The position numbers and the translations under genes are program-made. Under the pieces are notes generated by a model, which did not search any database, was not told the DNA's origin, and saw only the letters and a program-made list of their open reading frames with translations. Positions 8,414-18,416 of a DNA stretch of 64,000 nt are shown here, one piece after another; the stretch's first letter is position 1; every line of letters begins with the position of its first letter. The stretch lies in contig JBJMOW010000004.1 of NCBI GenBank assembly GCA_045803545.1, positions 1,056,001 through 1,120,000 on the forward strand. Direction: 5' to 3'. Source of the DNA: Gemmatimonadaceae bacterium (lineage in GTDB: Bacteria > Gemmatimonadota > Gemmatimonadetes > Gemmatimonadales > Gemmatimonadaceae).

Positions 8414-11400
8414 ATGACCCGGCGTCTCCGCATCGCCATCGGCAGCGCGATCATCCTGTTCGGGTTGATCATGATTGTCGTGCTCGGCTTCATCGGCATC
8501 ACGCATACGAGCGTGGGCCAGGAGCGTGTGCGGAGCATGATCGCGACCCTACTCGAAGGTAAGGTCAAAGGAAGAGTCTATCTCGGCCACCTGAGCGGCG
8601 GCCTCGTCGGCGGAGTCACAATCGACTCGGTCGAAATTCGCGACGACGAGGATTCGGTGTTTTTCGCATCGGGACCAATCACGGTTGCATACGATCCACG
8701 CGATTTGCTGGATCGCCGCATTCTCTTCAGTCGGGTTGAGGCGCAGCGGCCCTACGTGCACCTGCGTCAGCACGAGAACGGCGAGTGGAATTTCCGCCGC
8801 ATTTTCCCGGCGAGCGTGGAGAAGCAGCAGCGAAATCAGCGCGGGTTCGGACAGTACATCGTCGCCGACACGTCGATCGTCCGCGATGCGCGGATGGATC
8901 TGACACTGCCTTGGCACCTGTCCGACACTCTGCGTGGCTACAAGCGCGACAGCGCGGTGCGCTACGAGCTCACGCGCAAAGATCACGAGATTCACAAGAC
9001 GCGTGAGGGTTATGCGCGCACCTGGCGCTGGAGTGATATCGACGCCGACCTCGGCTACGCTCGCATCGCAGATCCTGACACAGTCGGTCGTTTGATTCGC
9101 ATTCGGAATGTCAGCCTGACTGAGACGGATCCGCCGTTCAAGTTCCGAAACGTCGCCGGTACTTTCCTGAATCTTGGCGACTCGGTGTTCATCGATGCCG
9201 ATCATTTTGATCTGCCCGGATCCACCGGTCGCGCGCACGGCAGCGTGATCTGGGGCAGCGATCTGCCTGTTCGCTATTACATACATGTAGTAGGAGACTC
9301 AGTCTCCCTCGCCGATGTAGCGTGGGTGTATCCGACGCTGCCTAAGACGGGCAGTGGCAAGATGGAGCTCGACATCCGCAGCGAGCGAAATCCCAAGCTT
9401 CTCGACTACATCATCAGCAACATGGATGTGCGCTCGACTCGCTCGCACCTGCTCGGCAATATGACGTTTGGCACCGGGGGTAGCGTACTGGCGGTGAAGA
9501 ATGTCGAGCTGCAGGCAGCGCCGGTGAATTTCGACTTGCTGCGGACGCTGAACGGCAAGCCGTTCCCGTACAACTGGCAGGGAAACATCACCGGTACGGT
9601 GCGGGCGTCGGGCGGCCCACTCAATCACTTCAAGGTTGAGGAGTCGGCGTTGATCTTCGACGACGCCAACGTGGCCGGCGCCGAGACCGAGGCGCGCGGC
9701 AATGGCGAGCTGGACATCCTGTTCCCGGCGTTCACTGCCTTTCACGCATTCAACGTCGACGTCGCGACGCTCGATCTGCGCACACTGCAGTACCTCAATC
9801 CGCAGTTCCCGCGGATCAAAGGCACCGTCTCGGGCACTGCGACGCTGGACTCCTCGTGGCTGGACGTTCGCTTCAGCAACGCCAGCCTGTTCCATCACGA
9901 TGGCAACCTCCCGCTGTCGCATGCAACGGGGAATGGCCGCATCACGTGGGGCGAGAAGTATCTCACCTACGATTTGAATCTTCACGCCGAACCGCTGTCG
10001 TTTACCGCGCTGGTGCACTCTTATCCGTTGCTGCCACTGCGCGGCAGCTACCAGGGCCCGGTGCAGGTGAAGGGACAGTCGCCCGGCCTACTGGTGAACG
10101 CGACCCTGACCGGACCGGCCGGCCAGTTCGCGTACAGCGGGCTCGTCGACGCGGATCCTTTGGTCTACGGTGCACGTGGGCGCGCGACTTCGACCGCGCT
10201 CGATTTGCGCACGCTGATGGACAACAGTCAGCTACCGCACACTCAGCTCACCGGGCGCTATGATCTGGATCTGCACGGCGCTGACCTGCCGTCACTCGCG
10301 GGCAGTGCAGTAGCGCAGATCGAGAAGTCGACACTCGGCGGATTCCGCGTCGATCCGTCGGTGGCACGCTTGCATTTCGCGAACGGCGTAGCGACTGTCG
10401 ACACCCTCGCGATCAACGCATCGGGACTGCAGGCGAGCGCGGCCGGCACCTTCGCGCTGACAGGAGCGCACCAGGGCTCGCTGAAGTTTTCGGCGGAGAT
10501 GGATTCGCTGGCGCGGCTGCGCACTCTGGTGCCGGCGCTCGCAACCAACGCTCAACTCGATTCGCTGCGCGGCAGCGGCCAGCTTACCGGCGAGCTCTCG
10601 GGCAGTATTGAGCATCTCGCGCTAAATGGAGTGATCCGCGCCAACGATGTCAGTTTCGGCAGACAGAGCGTAGAGAGCATTCGTGGTACACTGCTTCTCG
10701 CGGACATCACCAAACAGCCTACAGGCTCCTTCCTCTTCGGCGCGGACACCGTCGCGCTTGGACCCGTCGGGTTCAACAGCATGCGGGCAACAATAGCGCT
10801 GACCTCGCCGACGTCCGGGCATTTCAGCGCATCCATGCTGAGTCAGAGCGGCGTGTCGACCGAGCTCGCCGGCAACATCACACGCAGCAAGGACACGACA
10901 ATCGTGCGCCTTGACAGCGCAGCGGTTGACGTCGACGCGGACAACAGATATCGGCTACAGTCGCCGAGCAAGGCGGTATTGTCGAAGGGATTTCTGTCGC
11001 TCGATTCATTGATTCTGCAACACAGCAGCAACGCCAAGCTCATCGTCCAGAACCTGCGCTTTACCGGCGACTCGATCAACGGACACATTCGCACGGACAG
11101 CGTCGACATGCGTCTCTTCCGCGCCTTCGTACCGGGACTGGTAGACGCTCGCGGCGCGATTGTCGCCGACGTCGACGTGCGCGGCGCGGTCAAGCAGCCG
11201 CGTCTCTATGGCCAGATCACGTTGCCGGATGGAACTGCTGCCTTCTCAAACCTCGGCACACGTTTCAATCACATCCGCGCGAACATCACGCTCGACGGCG
11301 ATTCCGTGCACATCAAGCAGTTGTCGGCGGAGACCAACAAGGACCGTCGCGGATCGGCGAACGTGACGGGCACGGTGAGCTTCGAGCATTATGACAATCC

Positions 11401-12577
11401 GTCATTCTCGATCGTGGCAAACGCGTCGAACTTCCACGCCATCGACAAGCCTGGACTGGCAGCGCTCGACATCTCGACTGGACCGCCAGTGACGCTTAGC
11501 GGGTCAACGCAGGACGCGGTTTTGCACGGCGCCGTCCGCGTCGAACGCGGGTCGATCTACATCCCGGAAGTCATCAAGAAGAACGTGATCGACTTGAACG
11601 ATCCCGATCTGCAGACGACCGTCGACACGCTGCTGTCGCAGAATCGAGAAGTGATGCCGCGCGCGCCAAAGGCAGTCGCACGCAATCTCCGGCTTGAAGA
11701 TGTGAACGTCGATATCGGACCCGACGTCTGGCTGCGTTCATCGGAAGCCAACATCAAGCTGGGCGGGTCGCTGAACGTGACGATGGCATCCGGCGGTCCT
11801 GGCCAGCCACCGCAGCTGGCGTTGCAGGGAATCTTGAGCGCAGACAAAGGCACCTATCGACTGAACCTGGTCGACCCATTCGTCCAACCGACCTTCGACG
11901 TGCAACGCGGAACGCTGACGTTCTACGGAGACACTCAGCTGAATCCGCTGCTCGACATCGCCGCCATTCACACGGTTCGTCAGCCGAGGATTCAGACCGC
12001 AAACGGTCGTGACGTGCGTGTGGAGGTCGACATCACCGGTACACTGGCGCGGCCATCGCTCGCGCTCAAGAATCCGGACAACCTGCCGTTGTCCGAGAGC
12101 GACTTGCTCAGTTATCTGGTGACGGGTGAGCCGGCGGTCGGTCTCGACAACACCGGAACGCAGGTCGCCGCCCTCGGCGTCCGTACCGCGGCCAACCTGC
12201 TGGTGAGCGCATTGCCGAGGAACGTCGTCGATTATCTGGAGATCCAGACGGCAGCGCCCGGTAGCGATCCAAATCAGGCGTCCTCACTGTCGCAATACTA
12301 CGGGTTGTTGAACACCCGCGCGATACTCGGCAAGCAGGTTGGCAGCAAGTGGTTTGTCGGCCTCAGCACTGGACTATGTTTCGTAAGCTCCAGTCTTTTC
12401 AAAGAGAATTTGGGCCTGCAGCTCGAGTACAGAATCAGTCCGGTGTTGAGTGCACAGGCCGCAATCGAGCCGGGCTCCAGCGCTCGGTGCGACCCGACTG
12501 GTCAGAAGCTGGTGATCCCGCCGAACCAGACTCCATCACAGCTCGGCTTCGACCTCTTTCGCAACTGGCGTTTCTAA
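8414..12577 (+). CDS. tamB: Translocation/assembly module TamB (AsmA-like, DUF490)
   Basis: 1387 aa with N-terminal TM anchor, beta-rich body and LSESDLLSYLVTG C-terminal motif. Directly follows the Omp85 gene. Confidence 0.88.
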   Translation: MTRRLRIAIGSAIILFGLIMIVVLGFIGITHTSVGQERVRSMIATLLEGKVKGRVYLGHLSGGLVGGVTIDSVEIRDDEDSVFFASGPITVAYDPRDLLDRRILFSRVEAQRPYVHLRQHENGEWNFRRIFPASVEKQQRNQRGFGQYIVADTSIVRDARMDLTLPWHLSDTLRGYKRDSAVRYELTRKDHEIHKTREGYARTWRWSDIDADLGYARIADPDTVGRLIRIRNVSLTETDPPFKFRNVAGTFLNLGDSVFIDADHFDLPGSTGRAHGSVIWGSDLPVRYYIHVVGDSVSLADVAWVYPTLPKTGSGKMELDIRSERNPKLLDYIISNMDVRSTRSHLLGNMTFGTGGSVLAVKNVELQAAPVNFDLLRTLNGKPFPYNWQGNITGTVRASGGPLNHFKVEESALIFDDANVAGAETEARGNGELDILFPAFTAFHAFNVDVATLDLRTLQYLNPQFPRIKGTVSGTATLDSSWLDVRFSNASLFHHDGNLPLSHATGNGRITWGEKYLTYDLNLHAEPLSFTALVHSYPLLPLRGSYQGPVQVKGQSPGLLVNATLTGPAGQFAYSGLVDADPLVYGARGRATSTALDLRTLMDNSQLPHTQLTGRYDLDLHGADLPSLAGSAVAQIEKSTLGGFRVDPSVARLHFANGVATVDTLAINASGLQASAAGTFALTGAHQGSLKFSAEMDSLARLRTLVPALATNAQLDSLRGSGQLTGELSGSIEHLALNGVIRANDVSFGRQSVESIRGTLLLADITKQPTGSFLFGADTVALGPVGFNSMRATIALTSPTSGHFSASMLSQSGVSTELAGNITRSKDTTIVRLDSAAVDVDADNRYRLQSPSKAVLSKGFLSLDSLILQHSSNAKLIVQNLRFTGDSINGHIRTDSVDMRLFRAFVPGLVDARGAIVADVDVRGAVKQPRLYGQITLPDGTAAFSNLGTRFNHIRANITLDGDSVHIKQLSAETNKDRRGSANVTGTVSFEHYDNPSFSIVANASNFHAIDKPGLAALDISTGPPVTLSGSTQDAVLHGAVRVERGSIYIPEVIKKNVIDLNDPDLQTTVDTLLSQNREVMPRAPKAVARNLRLEDVNVDIGPDVWLRSSEANIKLGGSLNVTMASGGPGQPPQLALQGILSADKGTYRLNLVDPFVQPTFDVQRGTLTFYGDTQLNPLLDIAAIHTVRQPRIQTANGRDVRVEVDITGTLARPSLALKNPDNLPLSESDLLSYLVTGEPAVGLDNTGTQVAALGVRTAANLLVSALPRNVVDYLEIQTAAPGSDPNQASSLSQYYGLLNTRAILGKQVGSKWFVGLSTGLCFVSSSLFKENLGLQLEYRISPVLSAQAAIEPGSSARCDPTGQKLVIPPNQTPSQLGFDLFRNWRF

Positions 12578-12648
12578 ACGACGGTTGACTCGTCAGTTAA
12601 CGAGTTTCGGGTCTCTCGGATAGGCAGCATCCTGCAATTGCGAGTGTG

Positions 12649-12861
12649 ATGGCTAACAACCTGCGCGAAAAGGATTCGATGCTTTGCCGCTCCTGCGGTA
12701 ATGAGGAGCGTGCATCCGAAGGCTACCCGTGTACAGATTGCGGAACGTTCATCTGTGTCATCTGCATCTTTCGCGGCGTCACGCTCTGCAAATCATGCGT
12801 CCAGAAACGTCCCGAACCACCGCTGACAGTTCCCCAGAAGCCCGACTGGCCGGAGCATTGA
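12649..12861 (+). CDS. Small 8-Cys zinc-finger protein
   Basis: CRSC-x11-CTDC-x4-CVIC-x7-CKSC. Stop overlaps the next TTG start. Confidence 0.75.
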   Translation: MANNLREKDSMLCRSCGNEERASEGYPCTDCGTFICVICIFRGVTLCKSCVQKRPEPPLTVPQKPDWPEH

Positions 12862-13631
12862 GCGAAAGTGTAACCGCCATCGCGCCAATCGCACCGATGT
12901 TGTGCGAGCCGGATGTGAAAACGACCCAGGTCTCACAGCTATTGCATGGCCACATCGCTCAGGTACTCGAGCGCAGGGGGTTGTGGCTCAACGTGAAAGG
13001 CGCCGACGGTTATCCGGGCTGGGTACATCAGGGCTACGTGGTCATTGTGCCCGAGCCGGTGCCGCCGCTCGAGGACACAGGCTGGAACGATCGGCGACCC
13101 TTATCACTCGGCTGCACTGTCCGCGACGAGCACGGCGCCACGCGCAAACTTCCACTCGGCGCGCTGATCACCGAGGGGCAGGAGCGCTTCGGCGGATTAG
13201 CGATGAGTTATGAAGAGCGGCGTCACGCATTTCCGCCCGCCGCCGACTCGATCAACGCATCAGCGATGACTTTCTTCGAAGGCACATCGTATGAGTGGGG
13301 CGGCGTCACGCCGTGGGGATGCGATTGTTCAGGACTGGTATCGAGCTCGTTTCATCTGCACGGAGTCAATGTTCCGCGCGACGCGTGGATGCAGGCGATG
13401 ACCGGCATTCCGGTCGCGATGAATCAGCTGCAGCCGGCTGATTTGCTGTTCTTCTCCGACGAGCCCGACGGCAAGATCACGCACGTCGCGATCTCTCTGG
13501 GCGGAACTCGAGTCGTTCATCTGGCGCTGGGACGCGGAGGCTACGCGGTCGATGATCTCAAGTCAGGCGACGAATACACCAATCTTCTCACGACAAGGTT
13601 TCGCTTCGCCCGACGAATTTTGGTTGACTGA
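12858..13631 (+). CDS. SH3b + NlpC/P60 (C40) peptidase, YkfC-like
   Basis: SQLLHG and DGYPGWV (SH3b), YEWGG, DCSG catalytic Cys, ADLLFF, THVAI. Confidence 0.88.
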   Translation: MSESVTAIAPIAPMLCEPDVKTTQVSQLLHGHIAQVLERRGLWLNVKGADGYPGWVHQGYVVIVPEPVPPLEDTGWNDRRPLSLGCTVRDEHGATRKLPLGALITEGQERFGGLAMSYEERRHAFPPAADSINASAMTFFEGTSYEWGGVTPWGCDCSGLVSSSFHLHGVNVPRDAWMQAMTGIPVAMNQLQPADLLFFSDEPDGKITHVAISLGGTRVVHLALGRGGYAVDDLKSGDEYTNLLTTRFRFARRILVD

Positions 13632-13678
13632 AATGCTGCGGGATGCGACCGCTGCCGGAGGAGAGGTTAGCTCTTAAC

Positions 13679-13756
13679 CGCAACTAGCCCACATCTCGCA
13701 ACCAGCCCTCGTCTCGCAACTAGCCCGCAACTCGCAACCAGCCCGCAGCTCGCAAC
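13679..13756. repeat. 18-bp tandem repeat, ~4.3 copies (CGCAACYAGCCCnnnnCT)
   Basis: cgcaactagcccacatct / cgcaaccagccctcgtct / cgcaactagcccgcaact / cgcaaccagcccgcagct / cgcaac, located between convergent genes. Confidence 0.9.
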
Positions 13757-13817
13757 AATTAGTTGGCTCTCCTCCCGCAGCGTGCTCGTAGTTAGCTCTC
13801 CTCCCCCAGCCCTCTCG

Positions 13818-14252
13818 CTAGGAAACCATCCCGTTCGGCGTTCCTCCCATGATCCGCGGTTGAATCGGTCCATTCACAAACAGTCTCGCCGACGCGGTCG
13901 GTTTGCCGTCGAGGGTGACCTGCATCTTGTATTGTCCCGCAGAGTTCAGCGGGAGATCGACGACCGCGATGATCGGCAGGTCGACCTCGAACTCGGGATT
14001 CGGCGCCGGCGCGACGTTCATCTCACCCGACGATGACCACAACTCCTCATCGCGCGGACTCAACCAGCGGAAGGTCAGCTTGTGATTGCCTACATCACTA
14101 CCGTCGGCCTTTACGCGCACGATGAAGTGCGTGCGCGGGTGAATCGTCGGTAATCCCGCGACCTGGACTGCATCGAACACGCCGAGGACGTTGAGCTTTC
14201 CCTCCTGGGAAAGGTTGGCGGCGTCGGCGAAAACGGCAAATGAGATGTGCAT
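13818..14252 (-). CDS. DUF6941-like beta-sandwich protein
   Basis: ADAANLSQEGKLNVLGVFD N-terminal motif and G.Y C-terminal strand. Confidence 0.75.
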   Translation of the reverse strand: MHISFAVFADAANLSQEGKLNVLGVFDAVQVAGLPTIHPRTHFIVRVKADGSDVGNHKLTFRWLSPRDEELWSSSGEMNVAPAPNPEFEVDLPIIAVVDLPLNSAGQYKMQVTLDGKPTASARLFVNGPIQPRIMGGTPNGMVS

Positions 14253-14301
14253 CCCGCAAAGTAGCCGCGCTGCAGCTTCACGGGCTAGCTAGTTTTCGGC
14301 G

Positions 14302-15258
14302 ATGACAGAATCGGTTAGCCCGCCGGTCGCAATCGCGGAATTGTCGTCGCATCCCGCATTCGGCGTGACGGATGTGTTGCTGCTCGCGATGGCCACGATC
14401 TGGGGATCCAATTTTGTGGTGGTGAAATACGCGACGCGAATCTTCAATCCCGTCGCTTTCACTGGCTTGCGCGTTGGTACCGTAGCGATCTTCATGATTC
14501 TTTTCGCGCTTTTGCGAAGCGCAGGGAGCGGAGAGCGCGCTACGTCGCGTCGAGCCCAGGCTCGTTCACTGAGCCGTGGTGTCATTACTCGATTGCTATT
14601 GCTCGGGGTGGTCGGCAATGGGCTCTATCAACTCTGTTTCGTCCACGGTGTCGCGCGGACCCGAGCCGGAAACGCTGCCCTCATCGTCGGAGCAGCGCCT
14701 GCGTTCATCGCGCTGGCGGCAAGAGCGAAAGGGCTCGAACGGATCCAGCGAATGACAATGATGGGAATCGTACTATCGGTGTTGGGGGTTGGACTCGTAA
14801 TGCTCGGCAGCGCGAACGCCGGCGCGGGGCAGACGACACTGCTGGGATCCGTCCTCGTATTCCTGGGCGTCGTGTGCTGGACGTTCTACACGATCTTCCT
14901 GCAGCCGTACACCAAGCGCGTCGACGCGATCACATTATCGGCGCTGACTTTGATCGGCGGCGGGGTGCCGCTTTTGATCGCAGCCAGCCCGGCAATCGTC
15001 GCGACAGACTGGTCGCGAATCGGTATCATGGGCTGGATGGCGCTGATCTACTCCAGCATCGTCTCGATGGGTATCGCTTATCTCTTCTATTATCGAGGCT
15101 TGCGAGTACTTGGCCCGACCCGCACGGCGGTTTACTCCAACCTGCAGCCGATCATCGCGCTTCTCATCGCGTGGCCGCTGCTCGGCGAAACTCCGACCAT
15201 TTTCCAGGGCGTCGGCGCGGCCACGATCGTTGCCGGTGTCTTCATGACTCGGGCATGA
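14302..15258 (+). CDS. DMT/EamA family transporter
   Basis: IWGSNF motif, about 10 TM helices, NLQP, LLGE. Confidence 0.92.
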   Translation: MTESVSPPVAIAELSSHPAFGVTDVLLLAMATIWGSNFVVVKYATRIFNPVAFTGLRVGTVAIFMILFALLRSAGSGERATSRRAQARSLSRGVITRLLLLGVVGNGLYQLCFVHGVARTRAGNAALIVGAAPAFIALAARAKGLERIQRMTMMGIVLSVLGVGLVMLGSANAGAGQTTLLGSVLVFLGVVCWTFYTIFLQPYTKRVDAITLSALTLIGGGVPLLIAASPAIVATDWSRIGIMGWMALIYSSIVSMGIAYLFYYRGLRVLGPTRTAVYSNLQPIIALLIAWPLLGETPTIFQGVGAATIVAGVFMTRA

Positions 15259-15947
15259 GGCTAGTTCTCTTCGACATTGACGGGACGCTGCTCAATTCAG
15301 GAGGAATGGGGCGAGCGGCGATGCAGAAGGCGCTTGGCCAGATCTTCGGATCTCCCGGGAATCCGTCCTATCGTTACGATGGCAAAACCGACAAGCAGAT
15401 CGTGCGCGAAGTAATGCGGATGGAAGGACACTCCGATGAGCACATCGATTCGAGAATGGAAAAGTTGGTCGGTGTTTATCTCGAGGGCCTGCGCGAAGCC
15501 GCTGCCAGCCGCAAGTTCAACATCCGTCCGCTCGATGGAATCCCGGAGATTCTCGACGCGTTGGACAATCGGGACGATGTGATTCTTGGACTCCTTACTG
15601 GAAACGTCGAGCCCGGTGCGCGGATCAAGCTGACAGCGGCTGGTATCGATCCGGATCGATTCAAGATCAACGCGTTCGGGTCGGATCACGAGCACCGCCC
15701 GGAGCTGCCGGCAATCGCGCGACGTCGAGCGGGAGAGACACTCGGTCTCGACATCGCCGGCGACCGCCTCGTTGTGATTGGCGACACCCCCGCCGATATC
15801 GAGTGCGGTAGATCGCTCGGCGCCAAAGCGATCGGCGTCGCCAGCGGGCACTATACCGTCGAACAGCTGCAGGCGCATCGCCCTTACGCGGTTTTCTCTT
15901 CGCTCGGCGATACCAGCAAGGTCCTCGACACCATCCTTCATGCGTGA
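15255..15947 (+). CDS. HAD-family phosphatase
   Basis: LVLFDIDGTLL, LTGN, IGDTPADI. ATGA overlap with the DMT stop. Confidence 0.92.
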   Translation: MRLVLFDIDGTLLNSGGMGRAAMQKALGQIFGSPGNPSYRYDGKTDKQIVREVMRMEGHSDEHIDSRMEKLVGVYLEGLREAAASRKFNIRPLDGIPEILDALDNRDDVILGLLTGNVEPGARIKLTAAGIDPDRFKINAFGSDHEHRPELPAIARRRAGETLGLDIAGDRLVVIGDTPADIECGRSLGAKAIGVASGHYTVEQLQAHRPYAVFSSLGDTSKVLDTILHA

Positions 15948-16512
15948 GGTCGAGCTCAAGGCGGTCGTCGACGACGTTGCGGAGCGGCGTCGCAACACCG
16001 AAAACGCGGGCGCGAAACTGTCTTTTGAAGGCAAGATCTCCGACCGGCGCTACGACTTCGCATCGGGCGATCTTTCTTCGCGCGATGAAGTGCTGAGAAT
16101 GCGCACGTACATCAGCAAAACGGGCGCGAAAACCCACATCGACTGGAAAGGCCCGACCGAATTCCGCGACGTCTACAAAGTGCGCGAAGAGATCACTACT
16201 TCTGTCGACGATTCAGTGGCGCTCCACACGATCCTGCAGAAACTTGGTTTCGAGCAGGTCGCCGAGATCGATCGTGAAATCGCAGTGTACGCGTTCGGTG
16301 CTGCGACGATCAGGTTCGAGATCTATCCGCGGATGGACACACTGGTCGAAGTAGAAGGTGAGCCGGAGGCGATCGAGGCGGCGATCGAGGCCACTGGCAT
16401 CTCGCGTGGCACCTTCAGCAATCGGCGATTGGCGGATTTCGTAATCGATTTCGAGCAGCGAACAGGAGTTCAGGCAGCGATCTCGGATCGCGATTTGGAG
16501 TCAGCGATCTAA
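15940..16512 (+). CDS. CYTH-domain (class IV adenylate cyclase/triphosphatase-like) protein
   Basis: MREVELK (ExExK), LRMR, WKGP, REE, VEVEG. Confidence 0.85.
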   Translation: MREVELKAVVDDVAERRRNTENAGAKLSFEGKISDRRYDFASGDLSSRDEVLRMRTYISKTGAKTHIDWKGPTEFRDVYKVREEITTSVDDSVALHTILQKLGFEQVAEIDREIAVYAFGAATIRFEIYPRMDTLVEVEGEPEAIEAAIEATGISRGTFSNRRLADFVIDFEQRTGVQAAISDRDLESAI

Positions 16513-16549
16513 CTACCAGTGCCAATTGCGTATACGCGGTATCCAGATA

Positions 16550-16569
16550 AATTCACTCGGCAATGAATT
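16550..16569. promoter_or_regulatory. Candidate metal-responsive operator AATTCA-N8-TGAATT
   Basis: AT-rich inverted repeat immediately upstream of the iron permease gene. Confidence 0.35.
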
Positions 16570-16577
16570 GTAGATTG

Positions 16578-18362
16578 ATGCGAGGGATCGCTGTCTCGAT
16601 CCTTTCGCTGTTTGCGGCTCGCAGTGTCGCCGCCCAGGAAAACCCGGCAAAGCGATTGGCGAGCATCGTCGGCGTCGCCGTTGAGGAGTACGCCAAAGCC
16701 GTCGACGAAAACGGCAAGCTGATCTCGAAAGACGAATACGACGAGACGAGCGGGTTTCTCAGCGACGCTCGACCGATCGCGACGCGACTCAACAGCTACA
16801 CCGCGCGCACCATACAGGCCCTGCTCGACAGTCTTATCGCTGTAGTGCGCGACCGCAGACCACCGGCGGCAGCACGCGAGCTGCACGCAAGATTTGTCAA
16901 CGCACTCGGTACGGCGGGTGCAATGGACCTTCCGAAAGCGCGGCTCGATACAGTCGAAGGCCACCGTCTCTTTGCCGCGAGCTGCGCTTCCTGTCACGGC
17001 ATTGCCGGAACTGGCGATGGACCAAGCGCCCACACCCTCAGCACCCGGCCACCCGCCATTGGTGTCAGAGGCGAGACCCCAGAGCTGACATCGACTCTCG
17101 CGTACAACGTGATCTCAGTCGGCGTACGCGGCACCGCGATGCCGGCATTCGCAGGTACACTCACTCCGCAGCAACGCTGGAACATCATCAACTACGTCTA
17201 TTCGCTGCGGCAGGAGAAGTTAAAGTTGCCGGTCGCGCGCGCGGATGCTACAGCGATTCCTGGTGATACCGCATCTCCCGTCATTCTGGCGCTACTCGAC
17301 AGCGCCCTCGATTTCGCGCGCAGCGGCAAGACGGCTGAAGCGGGAGATCGCGCGTTTGACGCCTACATCGCCTTCGAGCCGCTCGAGACGCCGGCGCGCG
17401 CCAAGAAGCCCGGACTCGTCTCGACGATGGAGAAGCACTTCGCCGATTTCAAAGGCGCAGTCCGCCGCAGCGACATCATGGCGGCCAAGCATTCGCGTGA
17501 TGCCATCGCCGACGGTTTGCCGTCGGTCATCGATCTAACCCAGAATCCCTCGAGCGGTTGGGAAGCTTTCTTCCAGTCTCTGCTGATCATTTTGCGTGAG
17601 GGGTTCGAGGCGATTCTCGTTATCGGCGCCGTCGTCGCGTTCCTGATCAAGATGGGTCATCGCGAGCGATTGCATTCGATCTGGGTCGGGCTCGCGCTCG
17701 GAGTATTTGCCAGTCTCGCTACCGCAGTTGTTCTGAAGACGCTGCTCGCTGCAATGCCGGCCAGCCGAGAGATCGTCGAGGCAACGACGATGTTGATTGC
17801 GGTGGTCGTGCTTTTCTCGGTGAGCTACTGGCTCATTTCCAAGGTCGAGGCCGCCAAGTGGCAGAAATTCATCCGCGAAAAGGTGACCAGCGCGCTGGAG
17901 CACGGCGGCGGTAAGGCGCTCGCGCTCGTCGCATTCCTGGCAGTGTACCGCGAAGGAGCGGAGACCGCGCTCTTCTACCAGGCGCTGTTCAACGAAGGTC
18001 CCAACGTCGGAATTCCGCTCGCGCTCGGCATCATCGTCGGCCTCGCCCTGTTGACGATCATCTTCACATTGTTCTATCGCTATGGTGTGAAGATTCCGAT
18101 GCGGCCCTTCTTTACAGTGACGAGCCTGCTGCTTTACTACATGGCGTTCGTGTTCATGGGGAAGGGAATCCGGGAGCTGCAGGAAGGGAACATCATGCCG
18201 ATCACCGTGATTCAAAGCGGGCCGCACGTAGAGGCGATGGGAATTTATCCGAGCGTGCAGACGCTCACGGGCCAGGCTATACTCGTCATACTTCTTGTCT
18301 TTGCCACCGTCAAAACGTTCTGGCCAGGGCATCAGGCAGAGGACGGTACCGCCGAGGCGTAG
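16578..18362 (+). CDS. Cytochrome c / FTR1 iron permease fusion (PbrT-like)
   Basis: Signal peptide, CASCH heme motif, GTAMPAF, two RExxE motifs (REGFE, REGAE). Alternative start at 16563. Confidence 0.9.
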   Translation: MRGIAVSILSLFAARSVAAQENPAKRLASIVGVAVEEYAKAVDENGKLISKDEYDETSGFLSDARPIATRLNSYTARTIQALLDSLIAVVRDRRPPAAARELHARFVNALGTAGAMDLPKARLDTVEGHRLFAASCASCHGIAGTGDGPSAHTLSTRPPAIGVRGETPELTSTLAYNVISVGVRGTAMPAFAGTLTPQQRWNIINYVYSLRQEKLKLPVARADATAIPGDTASPVILALLDSALDFARSGKTAEAGDRAFDAYIAFEPLETPARAKKPGLVSTMEKHFADFKGAVRRSDIMAAKHSRDAIADGLPSVIDLTQNPSSGWEAFFQSLLIILREGFEAILVIGAVVAFLIKMGHRERLHSIWVGLALGVFASLATAVVLKTLLAAMPASREIVEATTMLIAVVVLFSVSYWLISKVEAAKWQKFIREKVTSALEHGGGKALALVAFLAVYREGAETALFYQALFNEGPNVGIPLALGIIVGLALLTIIFTLFYRYGVKIPMRPFFTVTSLLLYYMAFVFMGKGIRELQEGNIMPITVIQSGPHVEAMGIYPSVQTLTGQAILVILLVFATVKTFWPGHQAEDGTAEA

Positions 18363-18416
18363 CATTTGCCGCATGCTGATTGCGATGCGCGGAGCTGATT
18401 GCAGGGAGGAAACCGT

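Noticed and set aside
13667..13873. CRISPR array, or a 68-aa repeat protein (GLVASC repeats)
   Set aside because: The units are 18 bp with only 4 variable nt, with no spacers and no cas genes. The ORF overlaps the DUF6941-like gene and is a repeat read-through.
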